Source: Candidatus Binatia bacterium (lineage in GTDB: Bacteria; Desulfobacterota; Binatia; UBA9968; JAJDTQ01). Taken from it: a DNA stretch of 64,000 nucleotides. Where the stretch lies: the NCBI GenBank assembly GCA_963666515.2, contig OY762897.2:2144001-2208000 (forward strand), written 5' to 3'. Shown here one piece after another: positions 58,394-64,000 of the stretch. Below the pieces are notes generated by a model. The model ran no database searches. It saw nothing but the letters and a program-made list of their open reading frames with translations, and had not been told where the DNA came from. The stretch's first letter is position 1. Every line of letters begins with the position of its first letter. Both the position numbers and the translations under genes were made by a program.

Positions 58394-58987
58394 TCAGTCT
58401 GGCAATCCACGGAAGGCATTACGAAGATCCGCTATGAAACGCTGAAAGGACCTGTCCACACTTGCCACGCGGTCGATTTCCATATGCCGGACAATCTCAT
58501 CCGCGTATTCGATACCCCCGAGCCTCGGTACCGTTTCGGTAGCTCTAATGGCCTCGATCAGTCGTTCCTTGTAGCGGCTTCGGGCGCACTTCTGGTCGGG
58601 TGCATCGCAGCCCTTTCCGAACACAGCCTTGAACGCTGCCCCATCCAACAGCAACCAGCGCTCTATGTGGGGATCAGGTATGGCGAGGATAAGCGTGGGT
58701 TTGTCTCGACTCCTTTTGGCTTGGCTCCTTACTTCCTGCGCTCGTCGGTTCAAGCCCCTGCAGTTGGCGTCGGTGGCTACAACGAGCAGATCAGGCCACG
58801 GACTACCTTGGCGCTCGAGATCACTTATGTAGTCCTTGAGCTTTCCGACAACTTTGCCGTAGCCGCCTACGGCGTTGCGCCAATTGAGCCGTATGGAGAC
58901 ACCGTATTCCGCGGCGATCCTCTCCACGAGTGTCCCGATCACCTGCCGATGCGCGTAGTCCTCAACGAACAGCGCAATCTCACGCAT
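58394..58987 (-). CDS. DUF4276/RloB-like TOPRIM-fold partner protein
   Basis: LFVED, VVATDAN, PHIERWLL.D; 8-nt overlap with the ATPase. Confidence 0.7.
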   Translation of the reverse strand: MREIALFVEDYAHRQVIGTLVERIAAEYGVSIRLNWRNAVGGYGKVVGKLKDYISDLERQGSPWPDLLVVATDANCRGLNRRAQEVRSQAKRSRDKPTLILAIPDPHIERWLLLDGAAFKAVFGKGCDAPDQKCARSRYKERLIEAIRATETVPRLGGIEYADEIVRHMEIDRVASVDRSFQRFIADLRNAFRGLPD

Positions 58988-60290
58988 CGAAATCTCCTCT
59001 CAGAATGCGTTCAGACACGGCTGGTGCGTCCTGCTGGTCCGATAGTGCCTCATCGATCCCAATCCGTCGTCCCAATGGCCCCCAAACAGAAAACGAGTCG
59101 ATCCGAGTCCTTCGGTCGATCCGATTCATCACGAACAGGGAGCTGTCCTCCAACATATCAGGCAGGATGGGCGAGTGCGTCGTGACAACGTACTGGGTCG
59201 TCTTCAGGACCTCCTGAGTCTTGAGAAGCTCAGCGATGAGCTGGATTCGACGAGGGTGAACGCCGTTTTCTGGTTCTTCGAAACCCACAAGCGCAGGGGC
59301 CTCGTCAACACCGGTCAACGCTAGAAGCCCGAGCATCCGCAGTGTCCCTTCCGAGAGTACGCGAGCGGGGAACGCAACACCGCCTTCCCGGAGGCGAAGC
59401 TCCACCTCACCGAGATCGCTAACCTCCACTTCGATGCCGTCGATGTTCGGCATCAACAGATTGAGCGCCTTCTCAATGCCTTTGAACTGTCTCTCATCCG
59501 TGGCCTTCATGGTGTTGAGGAACGCTGCGAGCTCTTCTCCCATCAAGCCGATATGGCGGACTTCCTTTACCGGATTGGCGGCACGCATGCGTTCGCGCGG
59601 CTCGAAGTAGAAAAACAACCAACTCTCCAACTCGCGCCGTGCAGCCACCAAATGGGGATAGTGTGGCGGATAATGCGGCATGGAGAGGATGCTATGATCC
59701 AGATAACGGTCGAAATAGGTGGGGTGCGCTTGCCCTTCGTGGCGGAGGTGTATTCTTCCGCCTTGTCTTTCGAGAAAAGGCTTGCGCTTGCCCGTGGGCT
59801 CTCCCTTGCTGTTGAGCGCAGCCAGATACTCGTCGGCAACACGCAACACGCCCGACCTGGGCAGCATTTCCACCTCAATGCGGTACCGCAAGTCGCGTTC
59901 ACGAACGCGCGCTGGCACCTTGCTCTGCTTCTGGGAGACTCCGGCATCGTTTGGTCGACGCATTTCTCGGATCTGGCGATCGACGAACTTTACCACGCTG
60001 TCCGACAAGCTCAGATCGGCTTCGATTGAAAACGACAACCGCTCTTGCTCCAGCAAACCCTTGATCCCTGTTTGCCCTATCGTAAAGGACTCCAGCGGCT
60101 TTCCACGATAAGGAGGCTCAAAGGCTTCTTTGAGCGTCCGGCTCGTCACTAGCTTTGACAACAATTGCAAAGCGTCAAGTAGATTGCTCTTGCCGGCGGC
60201 ATTCGGCCCAAACAGGACGACAAGCTGAGACAGACTCACTTCAACGTCTTCAAGGGACTTGTACCCTCGTATTTGTACGCGCTTCAGCAT
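58980..60290 (-). CDS. ABC/AAA_21 ATPase
   Basis: GYKSL, GPNAAGKS, SEGTL, FEEPENG, TTHSP. Confidence 0.85.
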   Translation of the reverse strand: MLKRVQIRGYKSLEDVEVSLSQLVVLFGPNAAGKSNLLDALQLLSKLVTSRTLKEAFEPPYRGKPLESFTIGQTGIKGLLEQERLSFSIEADLSLSDSVVKFVDRQIREMRRPNDAGVSQKQSKVPARVRERDLRYRIEVEMLPRSGVLRVADEYLAALNSKGEPTGKRKPFLERQGGRIHLRHEGQAHPTYFDRYLDHSILSMPHYPPHYPHLVAARRELESWLFFYFEPRERMRAANPVKEVRHIGLMGEELAAFLNTMKATDERQFKGIEKALNLLMPNIDGIEVEVSDLGEVELRLREGGVAFPARVLSEGTLRMLGLLALTGVDEAPALVGFEEPENGVHPRRIQLIAELLKTQEVLKTTQYVVTTHSPILPDMLEDSSLFVMNRIDRRTRIDSFSVWGPLGRRIGIDEALSDQQDAPAVSERILRGDFDA

Positions 60291-60320
60291 GTTTCCCCCT
60301 CCAGGACTCCAATCAAGCAA

Positions 60321-60381
60321 TCCTCAGCTTGGCGAAGGATCGCCTTGGCGATTTCCAGTGCCTCCTGGTGCTGCTTTTCTG
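60321..60381 (-). pseudogene. 3' remnant of a HEPN gene; imperfect direct repeat of 54338-54398
   Basis: 51/61 nt identical by manual alignment; encodes EKQHQEALEIAKAILRQAE vs EKQHQEALEIAKSVIRWAE. Confidence 0.75.
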
Positions 60382-60420
60382 CAGCGGCACGGCTGCTCTC
60401 TGCTCGGTTCACACCCGGCT

Positions 60421-60783
60421 CTACCCAGCCAGCGGAACAATCCTTGAACCGCGGATGACCCGATCCCGCGTCAGTAACGGCACGTCATGCACGATGCTGG
60501 TGGCGGCGATGATCTCGTCCGCGGGATCGCCCTTGAAGTCCAGTCGGGTCGAGGCTCGCGCAACGGCGAAATCGATCGGCCACACGTGCACGCGGTTCAA
60601 TACACGGACCACTTCACGGTCGTCGAGGTCCACATCCAACCGACCCAGTTGGACGAGCTTGGCCAATTCCCACAAGACTATGGCCGAAATGGACCACGGA
60701 CTCCCCGTCAATAGACTCTGCTCGGAACGTTGGAGGTTGCCGTCCATCGCGAAGACGAGAATATGCGTGTCAAGATTGAGCAT
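60421..60783 (-). CDS. vapC: VapC/PIN toxin
   Basis: LDTH, S.IVLWE, DPAD.II.AT, LLTRD. Confidence 0.9.
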   Translation of the reverse strand: MLNLDTHILVFAMDGNLQRSEQSLLTGSPWSISAIVLWELAKLVQLGRLDVDLDDREVVRVLNRVHVWPIDFAVARASTRLDFKGDPADEIIAATSIVHDVPLLTRDRVIRGSRIVPLAG

Positions 60784-60994
60784 TTGCGTCCCAGGAAACG
60801 CCGGTCGTCAGGATATCTCCCCGAATCTTGATCTTGTGTCGCAGGCTACCGATCAGATCAGCGCATTGCCGGTCGTAGGGGACCACCCGGGCGACAGGCT
60901 TGCCACGCTTCGTAACGATCAACCCTTCCGTGTCAAGGCTGTCCAGCAATGCCAGGCACTGCTCTTTGAACTTGGCGGCTCCAATCGTCTTCAT
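60770..60994 (-). CDS. Phd/YefM family antitoxin
   Basis: AAKFK..CL.LLD, IVTKRGKPVARVVP. Confidence 0.9.
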   Translation of the reverse strand: MKTIGAAKFKEQCLALLDSLDTEGLIVTKRGKPVARVVPYDRQCADLIGSLRHKIKIRGDILTTGVSWDANAQS

Positions 60995-61010
60995 TGTGTT
61001 CCTCCGCTAA

Positions 61011-61048
61011 ACTGGACACATTATATGACCAGTCACTCAATTTGTCTA
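61011..61048 (-). promoter_or_regulatory. Sigma70 promoter with overlapping inverted-repeat operator for phd-vapC
   Basis: TAGACA-N17-TATAAT on the minus strand; ACTGG(T/A)CA inverted repeat flanks the -10 box. Confidence 0.7.
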
Positions 61049-61088
61049 TGCTGACCGCCATTGATAGGCAAGTGGAAGCTGATGTTCA

Positions 61089-64000
61089 TCAGTTGATTCC
61101 CGCCTGTTCCGCTGCCTCCATGACCGCACCCGCCGTGATGGTAAACGCGAGCGACTCCCGTCCCTTGACCAGCAGCTTCGCGAACGGATCGCGTACCCTT
61201 ACCAGCCGAGGGTTGGGCGTGGCGCAGTCGAAGACCACGTAGAGCCAGTACCGACCCCGAAGGTTGCAGGCCCTGGACCACTCGTTTTCCTGCATCTCCA
61301 CGCTGCCGGTGCGCGCGCGGCCTTTGACTTCGATGGCTCGTTCTTCCCCGAGACGGCGGGATCTGAGATCGAAGCCCGGCCAATCGGTCAGGCCGGCGCG
61401 GCGTGCGAGTTCGGGGCGCGATACGTCGGCGACCTCGGCGCCGAAGCGCTCCTCGTAGGCAGTGGCCACCTGCATTGCGACGGCTTCCACGTCGGAGTCG
61501 TATCGCTCGGTCTCGCCGGTGTCCTGTACGGGCACCACGAGAGCGTGGGCGAGCAACTCGACCTCTCCGGCCTGGATGAGGTCCGGCTCGGCTTCCAACG
61601 CGGCCAACGCGCGGTTGCGGTGGCTTGTCAGGCTCCGCTGCCGTTCCTTGACTCTCGAAAGCTCGGCGTTGGCACGGGGGTCACCCGCGCGCGCCTTCTC
61701 CCCGAGACGCGCGCGGGCCGCGGTCAGCTCCGCGGCACGAAAGTCGAACCCGCGCTTGACGAAGTCGACGCGGGCGGGGAGGTCTTCCGTGCGACGCTGC
61801 CGGTGCGACTGGACAAGCCGGTCCAGCACGAACTCCCGTGCGTAAGTCACGGCATCCTGGACCATGCCGCGCGCCAGGGTCGCGAGGGGAACTCGGCTCG
61901 GCGCGAAGCCATGTGCGCCTCTGAGCAACAGCAGGTGCTCGACCGGACACTCCTCCACGGCGCCGTCGTTGGACTGGCGCAGCCCGGTAAGCCTCGACTC
62001 CAGAGTCTTCGAGGCTGACTGTTCGCGCTGTTCCACCGTCACCCGTGCGACGTGGAACAGGTACGGCTCGGTTGCATAAGGGTCGGTGAACACGGCGCCC
62101 CGAAGACCGTCCCGGCCGAAACGGTCCAGGACGGTAACCGACAGAGCGTCGAACAGCGGCTCGCCGGGGTGCAGCCAGACAGCGTCTTCACGGGTCGCCG
62201 GCTTGTAGACCGTAAGACGTTGCCGCGCAGGCTCGGCGTACCGTTCGAGGGCGGGCAGCAGCGGGTCGCCGGCGCCGGGACGGTCGGAAACGAATGCGAA
62301 GGTCGTTTCCGGATCGCCTTCGATACGGAGGTTCAGCAACGGCGCCACCTTTTCCACGAAACGGCGGACGTAGCCGGGCAGAAGCCGCCGGTAGTTCTCC
62401 TGCTCCGCCTCATCCTTGAGGTCGTCGAGTCTTCCGCGCACGTCCCCGCCCTGCCCGTAGAGCACACGCTCCCTTTCCTCCAGAGCCCGGACCTGCTCCT
62501 CGGTCAGGTGTCCCTCCAACTGCTGGACAACGGCTTCCGCATCGTCCGTGACAGCCTGCTCAAGGTAGTCCTTCATGGAGACGCCCTCGAACAGGCGGCC
62601 CACCACGTCGAACACCTTGTCGGACTGAAGCCTGCGGCGCATGGCCTCCAGCTTGTCGAGCAGCGTCTTGAGCACCCTGCCCTCGCGCGTGCCGCCGGCC
62701 ACCAGATTGACGATGACCACCGGATCGTGACGCTGGCCGTAGCGATGGATGCGGCCCATCCGCTGCTCCAGCCGCGCCGGGTTCCAGGGGATGTCGTAGT
62801 TGACCATGAGCCAGCAGAACTGCAGGTTGATCCCCTCACCCGCGGCATCCGTGGCCACCAGGTAGCTGGCTCCGCCTTCGGCCGCTGGCCGCCGGAAGAA
62901 CTCGACTTGCCGTTCCCGTTCCTGGTACGGCAGGCCGCCGTGGATCAGCGCGACGCGGCCGGTGAAGCCCAGACCTTCGAGGCGGCGCACTAGGAATTCC
63001 GCGGTGTCGCGGTGCTCGGTGAAGACGATGAACTTCTCGTCGGCGTAGCGAGGATCGCGGAGCACTTCGCGCAACTTCTCGAACTTGGACTCCTCGCCGG
63101 CATCGAAAAGCCGTCGCGCCTTGTCGAGCAACTCCTCGACCTTCAGACGCTCGGTCTCCAACTCCCCGAGAGTCACCGCGACCGTAGCGCCGAGCGCCTG
63201 GCTTTCGAACTCCTCGTGCTGCTCGCCCCGGTCCTCGATCGACGCATCCTCGTCCGCGGTGCGACTCTCGAAGACGTCCTCAATATCGTCCAGGTTCCGC
63301 TGAAGGCGGGCGAGCGCTTCCTCGGTGAGCCCCCCGTCCCGAATGTCTTCGATCAGCCCCTCGATCTTGTCCAACCGGCGCTCGAAAGACCGCATCAGGG
63401 CATACGTGGAGCTGGCCAAGCGCCGCTGGAAGACGCTCATGGCCAAGCGGGCCGCGGACCGGTTCAGCACCCGAGCCCGGTTGTAGTAGAAGCGGAGGTA
63501 CTCGGTCGCGTCGTCGTAGAGTTCCTGTTCACCTTCCCGCCCCTGAGACAGGTCGTAACTCAGCGTGTCGCAGTTGCGCTGCGGATACAGCGGAGCACCA
63601 TCAAGATGAACCAGCTCCTCCTTGGTCCGGCGGATGAAGTGCCTCGGCCGCGAATCGCGGGCAAACGCATCGAACGCGTCGCCGGTCGAGAGCGTGTCGG
63701 GAAGCAGCAGCCGCCACAGGAAGTAGTAGGGGTGGTCCTTGCCCATGTGCGGCGTTGCGGTCAGCAGCAACAGATGCTGAGCAGACCACGGTAGTCTCCA
63801 CCGGTCACCGTCCACCTCGGCGCCCGCCAATGCCTCCGCCAGCCGGTAACGGTCGGTCTTCCGCACCCGGAAGTCGGGCTGGCGATCCGCGGAGAGCTTG
63901 TGCGCTTCGTCGAAGACCACAAGGTCGTAAGGCTGCGTCGCCGCATCCTTGAGGCAACCGAACAGCCTTTCTCCGGCCAGGGTGTCGACGCTGACGATGA
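61089..64000 (-). CDS. SNF2-family helicase with C-terminal DUF3883 PD-(D/E)xK nuclease (5' end outside window)
   Basis: DEAH, LTATPH.G, ATDAAGEGINLQ, PWNP.RLEQR.GRIHR; GFD...IEVKG; frame open to the window edge. Confidence 0.9.
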   Translation of the reverse strand, partial: IVSVDTLAGERLFGCLKDAATQPYDLVVFDEAHKLSADRQPDFRVRKTDRYRLAEALAGAEVDGDRWRLPWSAQHLLLLTATPHMGKDHPYYFLWRLLLPDTLSTGDAFDAFARDSRPRHFIRRTKEELVHLDGAPLYPQRNCDTLSYDLSQGREGEQELYDDATEYLRFYYNRARVLNRSAARLAMSVFQRRLASSTYALMRSFERRLDKIEGLIEDIRDGGLTEEALARLQRNLDDIEDVFESRTADEDASIEDRGEQHEEFESQALGATVAVTLGELETERLKVEELLDKARRLFDAGEESKFEKLREVLRDPRYADEKFIVFTEHRDTAEFLVRRLEGLGFTGRVALIHGGLPYQERERQVEFFRRPAAEGGASYLVATDAAGEGINLQFCWLMVNYDIPWNPARLEQRMGRIHRYGQRHDPVVIVNLVAGGTREGRVLKTLLDKLEAMRRRLQSDKVFDVVGRLFEGVSMKDYLEQAVTDDAEAVVQQLEGHLTEEQVRALEERERVLYGQGGDVRGRLDDLKDEAEQENYRRLLPGYVRRFVEKVAPLLNLRIEGDPETTFAFVSDRPGAGDPLLPALERYAEPARQRLTVYKPATREDAVWLHPGEPLFDALSVTVLDRFGRDGLRGAVFTDPYATEPYLFHVARVTVEQREQSASKTLESRLTGLRQSNDGAVEECPVEHLLLLRGAHGFAPSRVPLATLARGMVQDAVTYAREFVLDRLVQSHRQRRTEDLPARVDFVKRGFDFRAAELTAARARLGEKARAGDPRANAELSRVKERQRSLTSHRNRALAALEAEPDLIQAGEVELLAHALVVPVQDTGETERYDSDVEAVAMQVATAYEERFGAEVADVSRPELARRAGLTDWPGFDLRSRRLGEERAIEVKGRARTGSVEMQENEWSRACNLRGRYWLYVVFDCATPNPRLVRVRDPFAKLLVKGRESLAFTITAGAVMEAAEQAGIN

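Noticed and set aside
41821-64000. Mobile element, prophage or integron explanation for the defence island
   Set aside because: No integrase, transposase, tRNA, attC-like repeats or phage genes visible; the other boundary is outside the window

Overview
High-GC bacterial chromosomal segment with two very different halves. The gene repertoire resembles uncultured Binatia/deltaproteobacteria-type organisms; this is an inference only. Positions 1-41.7 kb are a catabolic and transport region: three tripartite tricarboxylate transporter binding proteins plus TctA/TctB, three heme-oxygenase-like diiron proteins, three cupin dioxygenases, a BphB-like dihydrodiol dehydrogenase, a NicX-like dioxygenase, tandem TauD enzymes, a UbiD decarboxylase, two hydantoinase A/B pairs (one followed by an unusual gamma-subunit/isochorismatase fusion), a GlnRS-YqeY fusion, two c-type cytochromes and a hybrid kinase broken by a frameshift. 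Positions 41.8-64 kb are one minus-strand defence operon. Its restriction-like backbone (SNF2 helicase-DUF3883 nuclease, DUF1156 adenine methylase, DUF499 ATPase) is split by two cargo slots. These hold a SIR2-APAZ + short Argonaute (SPARSA) system, four distinct ABC/AAA_21 ATPases (three with TOPRIM-like partners), VapBC and MNT-HEPN modules, and two gene remnants not resolved as genes in the ORF track (a HEPN 3' end forming a direct repeat, and a probable Avs2-like C-terminus). A retropepsin-like protease ends the operon. No tRNA, rRNA, CRISPR array, integrase or transposase was seen. All family calls come from motif recognition by eye; no database search was run.
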